Shown here: piece after piece, positions 1 through 9,782 of the stretch | Layout of the letters: each line of letters opens with the position of its first letter | Position numbering within the stretch: the stretch's first letter is position 1 | Source: an uncultured Candidatus Poseidoniales archaeon | GTDB lineage: Archaea > Thermoplasmatota > Poseidoniia > Poseidoniales > CAYMED01 | Assembly: GCA_964389655.1 (NCBI GenBank) | Contig: CAYMED010000006.1 | Coordinates: forward strand, 4,679 to 68,678 | DNA: 64,000 nucleotides | Direction of reading: 5' to 3' | The notes under the pieces: generated by a model | Told to the model about the DNA's origin: nothing | Database searches by the model: none | The model's input: the letters and a program-made list of their open reading frames with translations, nothing else | Program-made: the position numbers and the translations under genes

Positions 1-56
1 CAGAAGACGAAGATTCAGAAGACGAAGATTCAGAAGACGAAGATTCAGAAGACGAA
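1..56 (+). repeat. 15-bp coding tandem repeat CAGAAGACGAAGATT (3 full copies plus a partial; may continue left of the window)
   Basis: Exact copies at 1-15, 16-30 and 31-45, partial at 46-56; encodes SEDED. Confidence 0.95.
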
Positions 57-1994
57 CTCGCATTTGATGAGGAAGAAGATGAAGAGATAATTGAAGACGC
101 CATATTAGATCTGCAAGATGATGAAGATGAGGTTTTAGAAGCTTTATTTGAGATAGATGATGGGGAAAGGGGGGAAAATACGGATTTGGGGATTGAGTTT
201 GATGAGGAAGTAGCCCCCCAAGATAACGCCATTGCTGATGAAACTGCGGAAGAGGTTTCATCCCGGGTTCCCAGTATTGGCAAGAGGGAATTATCAGTTA
301 TTGGCATTGTATTCTTGCTTCTAAGCAGCACACTTGTTGTTTGGTGGTTTGTTGCCCCTCACCCATTCACCCCCGCCCCCCTTCGGTGGAATGAATCGAT
401 GACATATGCAATTGAAAACGGTCAGTTACGAGTTGAAGGTGATGAAGTAATTAACCTCGTAGTCGAAGGCACCGGCATGTCTCCTGAAAGGCCATTGTGC
501 CGAGAAATGGATATGTTATTTGATACAAGTAAGGCTCAAATTCAAATCATAGAAAGTCATAATTCAAGCACGGGTAAAGGAAGTTCAGCAAGCCCCACAA
601 ATTCAGCACATCCAGGGGCATCATGGGTTCGTGACGGGTGGGGGAGATGGCATCTAGCGATGCAACAAAAAACAACAATGAGCACATCAGGATCTATCGA
701 AGCATGGGTGAAAGAAGATGCAATTTCCGGAAAGTGTGCTTTTAAAGTTGAAACAGAAGGTAATATTGACCTTACTGCCACAACATATAGAGATCTTTCT
801 GATGAACAGGTTGTTCGCATCTCAACTGAAATGGACATAACTTCACCAGCACTCGACAAGCCAAGAAACATTGATGCCACTATTTTTGGAAGTGACAACG
901 CAATTCTTGACCTGCTACCTCGTCTCATCCAACCCGTCGAGCCAATTACTGTCGCAGATTTGGTCGGAAGTACGACCGAAATTAAAACCGGCGCTAATGG
1001 GACAGCTAATGGCTGGCGGTGGGAGGCAAATGAGCGTACTGAAATAATCGAGGAAATAACTACAATCCCCCTCACTGTTGATTTTCTCGAGTTTGAACAG
1101 CTATGTATAGGAAGGTTGCGCCTAAAAATTTGGGTTGCTGAAAATATTCCATGGGCTGTTCGTCAAGAAATGGACATGCTATACGAAGATGATCACGTGG
1201 GTGGGCCAGAGTGTGGGGGCTTACTTGGCCTAGCACGCTCGGCAACATTTCCTGAAGGAACGATATCATTCTCATACACTCTGCGAATGACAAGCCACAC
1301 CCCGGGAACAAACATTGTTCCAAAAAATATCCTATACTTGCCTCAGCCATCGTCATTTGGCATAGAAAGCCCATCAAATGATTGGGGTCAGAGCCCTGGA
1401 CATATGCCGGATGGCCGCAGTGGGCGCGTGCTCAATTTAGACAAAGCAATTCAGTGTAATCAAAACAACCTTTCTGCAAATGACTTGAAAGGTGCTCTTG
1501 ACTCCAATGGATATGTATGGAAAGCACTCGAAAACCGAAGTGACAATAGTTGGAATATCTCCTGGGTCAAAGGAGAAGGAGATGATCGAGAAGCCGGATA
1601 CACAATACTTGAGAGTGATGAAGGAAAACCTTGTAGGTTAAGGACTGAAAGATCAACATCTGCATCATTAGCTCCACCGACAGATGCAAGTGCATTGCCA
1701 GAAACTATTGACTTGAAAACCGCCGAAAGACGGTTGTCTGACGACAGCCTAGTCCCTGACTTAACATCAGTACTTAGCCACCAAAATGGGTCAATAAGAA
1801 CTGATGTGAAAATTGGATATGTAGCTGCGGGAATTGGTGGGATTGATTTGCCTTTGATTAGCAGTGATATTGGGTTTGTATCCATCGTCTTTGAGAGAGA
1901 GTGGACCGATTCAGCGGGAGAACATCATCTTCGCGGAGCAATGGATGGAACAACGGGACAAGTTGTAGCGTGGGTTGTGAGTAGTGAGGAATAA
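1..1994 (+). CDS. Single-pass membrane protein with a very acidic N-terminal region and a large, probably extracellular domain (5'-partial)
   Basis: Frame is open from position 3 (EDEDSEDEDS...) into the listed 186..1994 ORF; one TM (VIGIVFLLLSSTLVVWWFV); many Cys and NxS/T sequons downstream. Confidence 0.8.
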   Translation, partial: EDEDSEDEDSEDEDSEDELAFDEEEDEEIIEDAILDLQDDEDEVLEALFEIDDGERGENTDLGIEFDEEVAPQDNAIADETAEEVSSRVPSIGKRELSVIGIVFLLLSSTLVVWWFVAPHPFTPAPLRWNESMTYAIENGQLRVEGDEVINLVVEGTGMSPERPLCREMDMLFDTSKAQIQIIESHNSSTGKGSSASPTNSAHPGASWVRDGWGRWHLAMQQKTTMSTSGSIEAWVKEDAISGKCAFKVETEGNIDLTATTYRDLSDEQVVRISTEMDITSPALDKPRNIDATIFGSDNAILDLLPRLIQPVEPITVADLVGSTTEIKTGANGTANGWRWEANERTEIIEEITTIPLTVDFLEFEQLCIGRLRLKIWVAENIPWAVRQEMDMLYEDDHVGGPECGGLLGLARSATFPEGTISFSYTLRMTSHTPGTNIVPKNILYLPQPSSFGIESPSNDWGQSPGHMPDGRSGRVLNLDKAIQCNQNNLSANDLKGALDSNGYVWKALENRSDNSWNISWVKGEGDDREAGYTILESDEGKPCRLRTERSTSASLAPPTDASALPETIDLKTAERRLSDDSLVPDLTSVLSHQNGSIRTDVKIGYVAAGIGGIDLPLISSDIGFVSIVFEREWTDSAGEHHLRGAMDGTTGQVVAWVVSSEE

Positions 1995-2083
1995 TGGATG
2001 GCTTTCAAACACCCTTTAGACACTCCCACAAACCTTACATCGGTGCAGACACAGAGGTTAGTGCAAAAAAGAGGCGCTGAGGA

Positions 2084-2941
2084 ATGGCTGAAAGTAGGCA
2101 ACGCCGAAAAGCAACTGAATTTGTTGTTCTTGATTTGCCACCTGCACCAAGAACACCAGGTAATGGAGCAAGGATTGTCTCAATCTCAAACCAAAAAGGA
2201 GGGGTTGCTAAAACAACCACTGCTATCAATCTCAGCGCGCATTTAGCAGTTAATGGCATGAGGGTGTTGCTCGTAGACCTAGATGCACAAGGAAATTGTG
2301 CAACGGGATTAGGCATTGACAAATCCAACATCGAAAAGGGGGCACATACATGTTTGTTAGAACCCGAACAAAGCAGCGCATGCATACATGCCACCACATT
2401 AGAAAAATTGCACATCATTGTATCTGATCAGCGATTAGTCGATATCGAACATCGGTTACATGGAATGATGGGGAGGGAAAAACGTCTTGCACGCGCATTA
2501 GCGCCTTTGCGGGCACAATATGACCTGATATTACTTGACACACCCCCATCGTTGGGTGTTGCAACATTAAATGCATTAACTGCAGCACATGGGATATTAA
2601 TTCCTGTTCAGACTGAATTTTTTTCATTAGAAGGCCTTGCAATCCTATCACGCACGATCGAAGAGGTTCGCCGAAGGTTAAATCCGATTTTGGGTGTTGA
2701 TGCTATATTGTTAACAATGCACGCGCCCACGCGCTTGAATGCTGAAGTAGCAGAAGAAATTAGATCTACATTAGGTGCACATGTCATTGAACCACCCATA
2801 CGTAGGAATATTCGAATTGCTGAAGCCGCGGCTGAAGGATTACCAATTCATATTCATGCACCTGATAGTTATGGCGGAGAAGATTACGCCAAACTAGGAG
2901 TAAATTTGACACTCAGGTGGGGGATTTCCCGCTCAAGATGA
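2084..2941 (+). CDS. parA: ParA/Soj-family ATPase
   Basis: Deviant Walker A NQKGGVAKTTT; LLVDLDAQGN; LLDTPPSLG; IPVQTEFFSLEGL; IRRNIRIAEA. Confidence 0.93.
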   Translation: MAESRQRRKATEFVVLDLPPAPRTPGNGARIVSISNQKGGVAKTTTAINLSAHLAVNGMRVLLVDLDAQGNCATGLGIDKSNIEKGAHTCLLEPEQSSACIHATTLEKLHIIVSDQRLVDIEHRLHGMMGREKRLARALAPLRAQYDLILLDTPPSLGVATLNALTAAHGILIPVQTEFFSLEGLAILSRTIEEVRRRLNPILGVDAILLTMHAPTRLNAEVAEEIRSTLGAHVIEPPIRRNIRIAEAAAEGLPIHIHAPDSYGGEDYAKLGVNLTLRWGISRSR

Positions 2942-4108
2942 GCGACGGCGGCGCTTTGAAGAATAACGGCGGCGAAAATAAAGACGAGGAAATCGATGTC
3001 GCATAAGGACGGACAAAAGCGATACACTTTCTTTGCGCCGAATTGAATCCAGGCGGCGAATTTCCCCAAGGAGGGCTTGTGGGCTAAGGCTATGTTCATG
3101 TAACACTCTCCATCCTGCATGAAGGATAGGAGTGTGCATTCGGGCACGATCCACTAAACCATGGATTGCAGGCATCGTATCAAATCCTTCAACTGTGCGT
3201 GTACCTATTGATTCAAAGGCAATTTTTTCTGCACGCTCATGCTGATCATCTGATGAGTCAAGTTCTAGCCAAGCGCGGGACCAAGCATATCCAAATCGAT
3301 AATTTCGACTGCCATTCGTACATGTTATCGAGAGATCACCGATCCCTGATCGGCCGGAAAATGTAAACCACCTACCCCCCAGAAAAACTCCCAAGTCCCG
3401 CATTTCCACCATTGCACGAGATAAGAAATCGCCTTGTATTGATGCACCTAGTTCAAGACCATCTAGCATTCCAGATACAAGACCAAAGACATTTTTCAGC
3501 GCCCCCCCGAGTTCCACGCCCGCTACATCATGAGTCATTTTTACATCCATTTCAGATGAATTTAGGTAAGAAGAAATTCTTTTGCGGACTTGGCTATTAC
3601 GCGCAGCAACTGTCAATCCAATTGGGTTTCCCATGAGTAAATCCGATGCAAATGAAGGTCCTGAAAGAACAGCACTGGGGCGGTGCAGAACTTGGTGAAT
3701 TACTTCAGACATGCGAAGAAAAGTCATCCTTTCAACTCCTTTTGCCAAATTTAGCAATACAGCTCGCTCGTCAAGTAAATTACGAACTTTCTCACAAACA
3801 GCCCTCAATTGTTGAGAGGGGACTGAAAAGATCACCAGCCCCGCACCATCAAGGGCTTGTTCAAGATCATCTGTTGACTCTAGATTTGAGTGCAAGCGCA
3901 CATCTCCGGTATATTGTGGATTCAAATTTTCCTTCTGAATCGAAGAGATCACATCTGAATCTCTGCCCCAAAGTAAAACCCTCTCGTGTTTGGAAGATGG
4001 AAAACTCGCTAATCGATGTGCCATTGCAGTACCAAAACCCCCCGCACCAAGGACTACTACCCTCTGATATATTCCCAAAAAATCACGGCTCCAAATCCCA
4101 AAGGTCAT
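2933..4108 (-). CDS. gpsA: NAD(P)H-dependent glycerol-3-phosphate dehydrogenase (alternative TTG start at 4078)
   Basis: VLGAGGFGTAMA Rossmann motif, LSGPSFA, GVELGGALKNV catalytic Lys, GIGDLSITC..SRNYRFG. Confidence 0.93.
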   Translation of the reverse strand: MTFGIWSRDFLGIYQRVVVLGAGGFGTAMAHRLASFPSSKHERVLLWGRDSDVISSIQKENLNPQYTGDVRLHSNLESTDDLEQALDGAGLVIFSVPSQQLRAVCEKVRNLLDERAVLLNLAKGVERMTFLRMSEVIHQVLHRPSAVLSGPSFASDLLMGNPIGLTVAARNSQVRKRISSYLNSSEMDVKMTHDVAGVELGGALKNVFGLVSGMLDGLELGASIQGDFLSRAMVEMRDLGVFLGGRWFTFSGRSGIGDLSITCTNGSRNYRFGYAWSRAWLELDSSDDQHERAEKIAFESIGTRTVEGFDTMPAIHGLVDRARMHTPILHAGWRVLHEHSLSPQALLGEIRRLDSIRRKESVSLLSVLMRHRFPRLYFRRRYSSKRRRRSS

Positions 4109-4592
4109 CCCCTATCCAATGAATTGTCCTCACACCCTTACCTGATGCGCCTGCTATCAATTCTGGTGCATCTGCAAGAGCCCAACCTAAGGCTAGAGGT
4201 TTGCAGTGCACTTCATCACGTATCCACACAAGGTCACCTTTTCCAATGTTGGATTCTGCATCTTGTATGCCTGCTTTCATGCAATCAGCACCATTTAGCA
4301 AAAATGAGACTGCCCCTAAATCAACAGAAACCCATCGGCGGTTTGGCTGATGTGAAAGAAGACCACGCAGAGTCAGAAAGGCGTGAGGAATTGAATTTTC
4401 ATCGGTTATCTGCACAAAATCGGCCTTTTTATCGATTAATAGAATTGTCCAATCACCCCATTCGGCTCGTTCAATCATTGAAGCACCTTCTGCAATACGC
4501 ACGTCCAATGCATCTTCAAGAGTTGTCAACATCGCATTGACTCCTTTACGCCGCACGGCGTGCCGGTGGCGCAGCATCCGTTCCCCAGACAT
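4083..4592 (-). CDS. PUA-domain RNA-binding protein (archaeal MCTS1/Tma20-like)
   Basis: VDLGAVSFLLNGADCMKAGI, KPLALG, GKGVRTIHWIGDDLW. Confidence 0.85.
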   Translation of the reverse strand: MSGERMLRHRHAVRRKGVNAMLTTLEDALDVRIAEGASMIERAEWGDWTILLIDKKADFVQITDENSIPHAFLTLRGLLSHQPNRRWVSVDLGAVSFLLNGADCMKAGIQDAESNIGKGDLVWIRDEVHCKPLALGWALADAPELIAGASGKGVRTIHWIGDDLWDLEP

Positions 4593-4713
4593 CACATCTG
4601 GAAGAGGGTCGCGTTATAGCACTCTCCGTCTATATCTTGATAGATGAAATGGCATGAAAACGCTGGAGGTTTGAAATATACCCTTCTCCCGGGTCCGATC
4701 CCGAGGTGAGTAG

Positions 4714-5091
4714 ATGGCACAGTGGCATGGGGTCTCCAAACGTAAGCGAACGGGTGGAAGACGAACTTTTGCGAGGGGTAAAAGAAAATTTGAAATTGCA
4801 TCTGAAAAGCAATTGGCCTTCGTTGGTGAAGGAAAACGCAAGCATTACCGCATACGTGGAAAAAATAAGCGAGTAAGGATTCTTGCTGCACGTTCAATCA
4901 ACGTTTCTGATTCAAAAACTGGAAAAAGTCAAGTCGCAAAAATACAAACCGTAGTAGAAAGCCCTGCAAATCCAAATTATGTTCGTCGTAATGTTCTAAC
5001 ACGTGGCTCGGTAGTAGAAACAGATCTTGGATTAGTTCGTGTGACCAGTCGTCCCGGACAACATGGCGTACTCAATGGCGAGCGGCTGTGA
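4714..5091 (+). CDS. rps8e: 30S ribosomal protein S8e
   Basis: WHGVSKRKRTGG...RRNVLTRG..VTSRPGQHGVLNG; SD GAGGTGA at 4703-4709. Confidence 0.98.
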   Translation: MAQWHGVSKRKRTGGRRTFARGKRKFEIASEKQLAFVGEGKRKHYRIRGKNKRVRILAARSINVSDSKTGKSQVAKIQTVVESPANPNYVRRNVLTRGSVVETDLGLVRVTSRPGQHGVLNGERL

Positions 5092-5110
5092 TGTTTGGCG
5101 GCGAACTTAA

Positions 5111-5521
5111 ATGCAGCATAACCCAGATCGAATTGTCATTTGGACGGGTTATTTTGACGCACGTAAATCAAGAACGAATGGTAGGCGAGTATCAACAAAA
5201 TGTGCTATTGTAAATCCCACCCTTGAAGGGCTTCAACGCGCTGCAAGACGCACAGGTATTCGGAAAACCAAGAGAGATGAAAATGCATCCCATCCTAGTC
5301 GGGCTCACCTAAAGGAAGGAAGGCTATGGGTCTCTGCAAAAGATGCATTACAAGCGACTAATTCATCTTCGAAGGAAGGAATTCTTCAGGCAATTGGGCA
5401 AGCATGGAAAGCTGATCGAAAAGAGGCAAAGGAGTTGGAACAAAACGAAATGCAGCATTCGCGTTCTCGCTCTATGCGTCGTGGCAAGCGGCAAGGATCA
5501 AAGAGAAAGCGGTATCGGTGA
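5111..5521 (+). CDS. srp19: Signal recognition particle protein SRP19
   Basis: IVIWTGYFDARKSRTNGRRV, NPTL, HPSR; follows rps8e. Confidence 0.9.
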   Translation: MQHNPDRIVIWTGYFDARKSRTNGRRVSTKCAIVNPTLEGLQRAARRTGIRKTKRDENASHPSRAHLKEGRLWVSAKDALQATNSSSKEGILQAIGQAWKADRKEAKELEQNEMQHSRSRSMRRGKRQGSKRKRYR

Positions 5522-5567
5522 AGACTTCCATCGGCAGCATAAAATGAGGAATTGAAAAGACTCGATC

Positions 5568-5945
5568 ATGGAACTAATGGAATATTGTGTGGAACTACCT
5601 GATCAACCAGGGGAAATGGCGTCTCTTTGTGAAGCCCTTGCAGACCATGACATCAACATCATGACTGCGGCAGCCATGACTGCAACCGGTGCAGTGGTTG
5701 CAATTGTTACAGATGAAAAAGAGGATACTGAAAGAGTGCTCACAGGTCTGGGACTCGCGTATTCCACCAATGAAGTATTGTTGGTCTCACTACCCCATAA
5801 ACCAGGTGCATTAGCGGGAATGTCTAGAACAATGGCAAACGCAGGAATTAATATCAATTCAATCTACATCATGAGCAAAAATGACGAAGACGCCGTCATT
5901 GCATTTACTGTTGACAAACCAAGCGATGCACGAGCAATGATCTAA
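5568..5945 (+). CDS. Tandem ACT-domain protein
   Basis: Two ACT motifs: LPDQPGEMA..LADHDINI and LPHKPGALA..MANAGINI. Confidence 0.9.
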   Translation: MELMEYCVELPDQPGEMASLCEALADHDINIMTAAAMTATGAVVAIVTDEKEDTERVLTGLGLAYSTNEVLLVSLPHKPGALAGMSRTMANAGININSIYIMSKNDEDAVIAFTVDKPSDARAMI

Positions 5946-5950
5946 TTTAA

Positions 5951-6982
5951 TCATGATTTTATTGAAACTTCATGTATCCACCCAAATGGATCTATAGCCA
6001 ATTCAGTTTGAAGACCTACGAGAGCATTATACAATTCTTGGGTTATGTCCCCCACACCACCACCCACATACACTTTCTTCAGTTCACCATGTGTGATGGA
6101 CCCAATAGGGGATATTACTGCTGCCGTCCCACAACAAAAGGCCTCATCTGCGTCAAGAGCAAAATCTGCAGATACTTTATCCTCTATGACCTGATATCCA
6201 CGGTGCCTAGCAATTTTGATTACTGAATTTCTCGTAATTCCTGGCAAAATAGTTCCAGTCAATTCAGGTGTGTAAAGAGTGCCATCCTTGACGCAGAAAA
6301 AATTCGCGGCACCCACTTCTTCGACATATCTGTGGTGGACGGCATCGAGATAAATAACTTCAGCAAAACCACCTTTTTTTGCCATTTTAGATGGCATCAT
6401 TCCAGGAGCATAATTGCCAATTGCTTTGACACCGCCCGAACCACCAGGTGCTGCCCGGTGGTATTCTTCGGAAATTAGAAGATCAATGCAGGTTAATCCA
6501 CCTTTGAAATATGGGCCCACGGGAGTAACATAAACAACGAACGTATAGGATGGCGCTGGTGCCACACCCATGATTGGGCCTGTTCCCCACAAAACAGGGC
6601 GCACGTACATTGCCCCTTTCCCTGTTGGAGGCATCCAACGTATGTTGGCTTCAACAACACACTCGGCGGCCTTGAGGAATAGGGCCTCGGGCACGGGGGG
6701 CATGCCTAAGCGCAGGGCGCCGGAGATGAAGCGAGATGCATTTTGATCGGGGCGGAAAAGAATGACCCGATCTCGAACGGTTCGGTGGGCCTTCATCCCC
6801 TCAAAAATACCTTGCCCGTAATTGAGAACGGCTGCCGCAGGATCAAGCTCTAGGGCACCATATGGGCGAAGATTACCGGCCTTCCATTCCCCTCCCAAGT
6901 CACAGGTCGCCACATACATGTAATCCGTTGCCGTGAGGGAAAACGTTAGTGAATCCCAATCCATAGGGGCTTTTTCGACCAT
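5951..6982 (-). CDS. ilvE: Branched-chain amino acid aminotransferase
   Basis: LNYGQGIFEGMKA, YVRP, VKAIGNY (PLP Lys), EEVGAANFF, ILPGITR, GTAAVISP. Confidence 0.96.
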   Translation of the reverse strand: MVEKAPMDWDSLTFSLTATDYMYVATCDLGGEWKAGNLRPYGALELDPAAAVLNYGQGIFEGMKAHRTVRDRVILFRPDQNASRFISGALRLGMPPVPEALFLKAAECVVEANIRWMPPTGKGAMYVRPVLWGTGPIMGVAPAPSYTFVVYVTPVGPYFKGGLTCIDLLISEEYHRAAPGGSGGVKAIGNYAPGMMPSKMAKKGGFAEVIYLDAVHHRYVEEVGAANFFCVKDGTLYTPELTGTILPGITRNSVIKIARHRGYQVIEDKVSADFALDADEAFCCGTAAVISPIGSITHGELKKVYVGGGVGDITQELYNALVGLQTELAIDPFGWIHEVSIKS

Positions 6983-7106
6983 CAGACCACCCCCAAACTA
7001 TCTCCTATTATTTGGAATAAAAATGAGGTGACCTTCAATCATTTGGTCCTAGAACAATCTCAACCCCAAGGCGAAGTCTTTGTATCGCCGCGTTTATTCA
7101 TACTAC

Positions 7107-9716
7107 ATGATGGACCTTAATCTAGCCATCGTGGGGCTCTCGTATCAAGGACGTGGTGAGACAACAACTGTTGAAATATTTGCGCGTAGCCATAGTGGGA
7201 TCTCAACTGTAATTTTGGTTCAAGGTCTGCGACCTTGGCTTGAAGTTGCGCGTCCTGGACCACCGAAAGAAATACCGCTTGCCAAAAATGAGCTTGAGAG
7301 CATAGAAAAGGAATTGCTCTCAATCCCAAAGGTTCAGCGCGTTGAAGGCCCTACTGAAAAATGGACCGATTTGGGAAACAAGCCGGTTTGGCGTATATTC
7401 ACATCTCAGCCATGGGACGTGCCCGGGGTTCGACGAGAGATTGATGGGCGGTGGATTCCATTTTCATCAGATATCATTTTTGGACAGCGTCTGTTACTTG
7501 ATAGAGATTTAGGACCACATTTGCGAGCCAAGGTAAAGCCCATTCTATGGACTGAAAAAGCAAAAAAGGCACATCCCGAATTGGGGGATATTACAGAAGT
7601 CGATGCAAAATTAGGTCTTATTTCATCATACGGGGGTGCAGGTGATTATCCCGTAGACCTCATCGCTACATGTGAACTTGAAGATCTTGAAGATGCTGAA
7701 GTATTCAGTTCACCGTGGCGCATTTTATCATTCGATCTTGAAACAAGTGTTGAAACGGGAATCATTTTGTGCGCTGCAGCAGTAATTCAGCAAAATAATA
7801 AATCAGAAATACACCAATTTAATGGACCTGAAATTGAAATATTGAAGGAATTAACATCCCTCGTGAGAAAATTAGATCCTGACATCATAACGGGCTATAA
7901 CATTGAGAATTTCGATTTACCTGTATTATTTAGAAGAGCGTCAGCACTATCACCAGACGGGGAAAAATTGGCCGAATTATTTGGTTGGGGGCGCGTCCCA
8001 AACTCACCAAAGGGATGGAAGCGAACGCTACCTAATCGCCGAGAAAACAACCGCACCTGGAGAATTCCGGGAAGAGTTGTTATGGATGCTTGGTGGGAAG
8101 CAAGAAAATCCTTGCGGCCTCGTCGTGAATCACTCGCTGCAGTCTCTGCCCTAATATGGCCAGATGATGACGAAATGCGCAAAATGGAGGTTGATGCAAG
8201 CAAAATGGACGAGGAATGGGCAACCCGCCCTGAAACCGTCATGAAATACTGCATTCAAGATGCAAAATTGCCATTGAGAATATTGGAACATATTGATGCC
8301 GTGCGGCGTGCAGAGGCATTGGCTACGGTTGCAAAAATACCCCTTGAAACATCAGTGACTGGAACTACATCCCAATGGATAGATAGTTTGGTCATCCGAT
8401 TGGCTGATAAAGCAAATGTTGCCGTACCACGCTCAAAGCCGCGAAGGGATGAAAGTTCAATTGAAGGAGGCTATGTTCACGATGTAAAATCTGGTTTACA
8501 CACGTGGGTCGCTGTCCTTGATGTAAAATCGATGTATCCGAGCATCATGATCGAGAACAATATCTGTGCAACAACCCGTATTGACACCCATCATAGCGGT
8601 AGTAATAGAGAAGTTGACGCGCATGAGGCCCCAACAGGGGCAAGGTTCCTGACCAATTCTACACGGTTGGGGTTGGTTCCTCAACTCCTCATTGAATTGA
8701 TGAAGGCGCGAGACCATCACAAAAAAGCCGCATCGATGGCAGAAGATCATAGAACTGCTGCCTTCCATGATCGCTTACAGTATTCAGTAAAAATACTCAT
8801 GAATTCATTTTATGGCGTATTTGCATCCACATTCTATCGGTTCACGCATCCCGATCTAGGAGCGTCGATAACTGCTTGGGCACGACGAAATATTAAGGCC
8901 ATCATCTCAGGACTTGAAACAGAAGGGCACGAGGTGATCTATTCAGACACTGATTCAGTGTTTGTAGCCGCCCCGATGACGATTCGACCACCCCCCCAGA
9001 AGATTGGTGGAAAGGAGGAGGAGTGGAATAATGCAGTATCTACATTATGCACTTTCGGAGAAGAAGTTGCAGAACGGTTCAGTAATTCAGGAGCAACATT
9101 GGAATTTGAAAGTGGAATGTCGGCATTCTTCAGCCATGGTGCCAAAAAACGATATGTGGGGCAACTTGTATACCCACGTGAAGAGATGCTTGTGCGCGGA
9201 TATGAACCGCGTAGAACTGATTCATTTCAGATGCTGACAAATGGCCTCGAATCGATGTTTTCTGAAATACTAAATGGAAATACAGCAGGTGCTGTTCATT
9301 TAGCAAGGTCTAGAATCGAAGCACTAAAGAAAGGAGATATTGAAGTAAATGATCTTGTCATGAGTCGGTCGTGTAAAGGAAAAATGAATGATGATGGCAC
9401 GATTGATTTTACGATTGATTACGTTAATCCAGATGGATTGCCCTATGTTCAAGCTGCAAAAAAAAGAATTGCAAGCGGCCTCTCATTTACGCCTGGAATG
9501 AAAGTAAGTTGGATTGTCACTGATGCTTCATCATCACCAATGATTGTTGAGCCATGGTTGGTGGACGAAATTGATGCATCCCCCCCAACACCTGATCTGA
9601 ATTTTTATCTCCGACGAGTAACTTCATCCTGGGGACGCATTACTGAAGCATTTGGTTGGAGTGCAGAAGACCTCCGCCTTGGTAGTAGACAAGTATCGCT
9701 ATTCTCTTTTGGGTAA
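7107..9716 (+). CDS. polB: Family B DNA polymerase with proofreading exonuclease and C-terminal PIP box
   Basis: ExoI FDLET, ExoII GYNIENFD, ExoIII YCIQD; polymerase motifs DVKSMYPS, KILMNSFYG, YSDTDS, KKRY; C-terminal QVSLFSF; ATG at 7107/7110. Confidence 0.95.
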   Translation: MMDLNLAIVGLSYQGRGETTTVEIFARSHSGISTVILVQGLRPWLEVARPGPPKEIPLAKNELESIEKELLSIPKVQRVEGPTEKWTDLGNKPVWRIFTSQPWDVPGVRREIDGRWIPFSSDIIFGQRLLLDRDLGPHLRAKVKPILWTEKAKKAHPELGDITEVDAKLGLISSYGGAGDYPVDLIATCELEDLEDAEVFSSPWRILSFDLETSVETGIILCAAAVIQQNNKSEIHQFNGPEIEILKELTSLVRKLDPDIITGYNIENFDLPVLFRRASALSPDGEKLAELFGWGRVPNSPKGWKRTLPNRRENNRTWRIPGRVVMDAWWEARKSLRPRRESLAAVSALIWPDDDEMRKMEVDASKMDEEWATRPETVMKYCIQDAKLPLRILEHIDAVRRAEALATVAKIPLETSVTGTTSQWIDSLVIRLADKANVAVPRSKPRRDESSIEGGYVHDVKSGLHTWVAVLDVKSMYPSIMIENNICATTRIDTHHSGSNREVDAHEAPTGARFLTNSTRLGLVPQLLIELMKARDHHKKAASMAEDHRTAAFHDRLQYSVKILMNSFYGVFASTFYRFTHPDLGASITAWARRNIKAIISGLETEGHEVIYSDTDSVFVAAPMTIRPPPQKIGGKEEEWNNAVSTLCTFGEEVAERFSNSGATLEFESGMSAFFSHGAKKRYVGQLVYPREEMLVRGYEPRRTDSFQMLTNGLESMFSEILNGNTAGAVHLARSRIEALKKGDIEVNDLVMSRSCKGKMNDDGTIDFTIDYVNPDGLPYVQAAKKRIASGLSFTPGMKVSWIVTDASSSPMIVEPWLVDEIDASPPTPDLNFYLRRVTSSWGRITEAFGWSAEDLRLGSRQVSLFSFG

Positions 9717-9782
9717 AGGATCCCCCTGAAAGTGCCCAATAAAGCGAATCCTTCATGGGGATTGAATGATACCTAGAATTCA

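Noticed and set aside
1-56. Repeat as a CRISPR array
   Set aside because: The 15-bp units are contiguous with no spacers and lie in frame within a CDS
7107-9716. Inactivated PolB2, or an intein-containing or mobile-element polymerase
   Set aside because: All exonuclease and polymerase acidic residues and a PIP box are present; length is normal; neighbours are housekeeping genes
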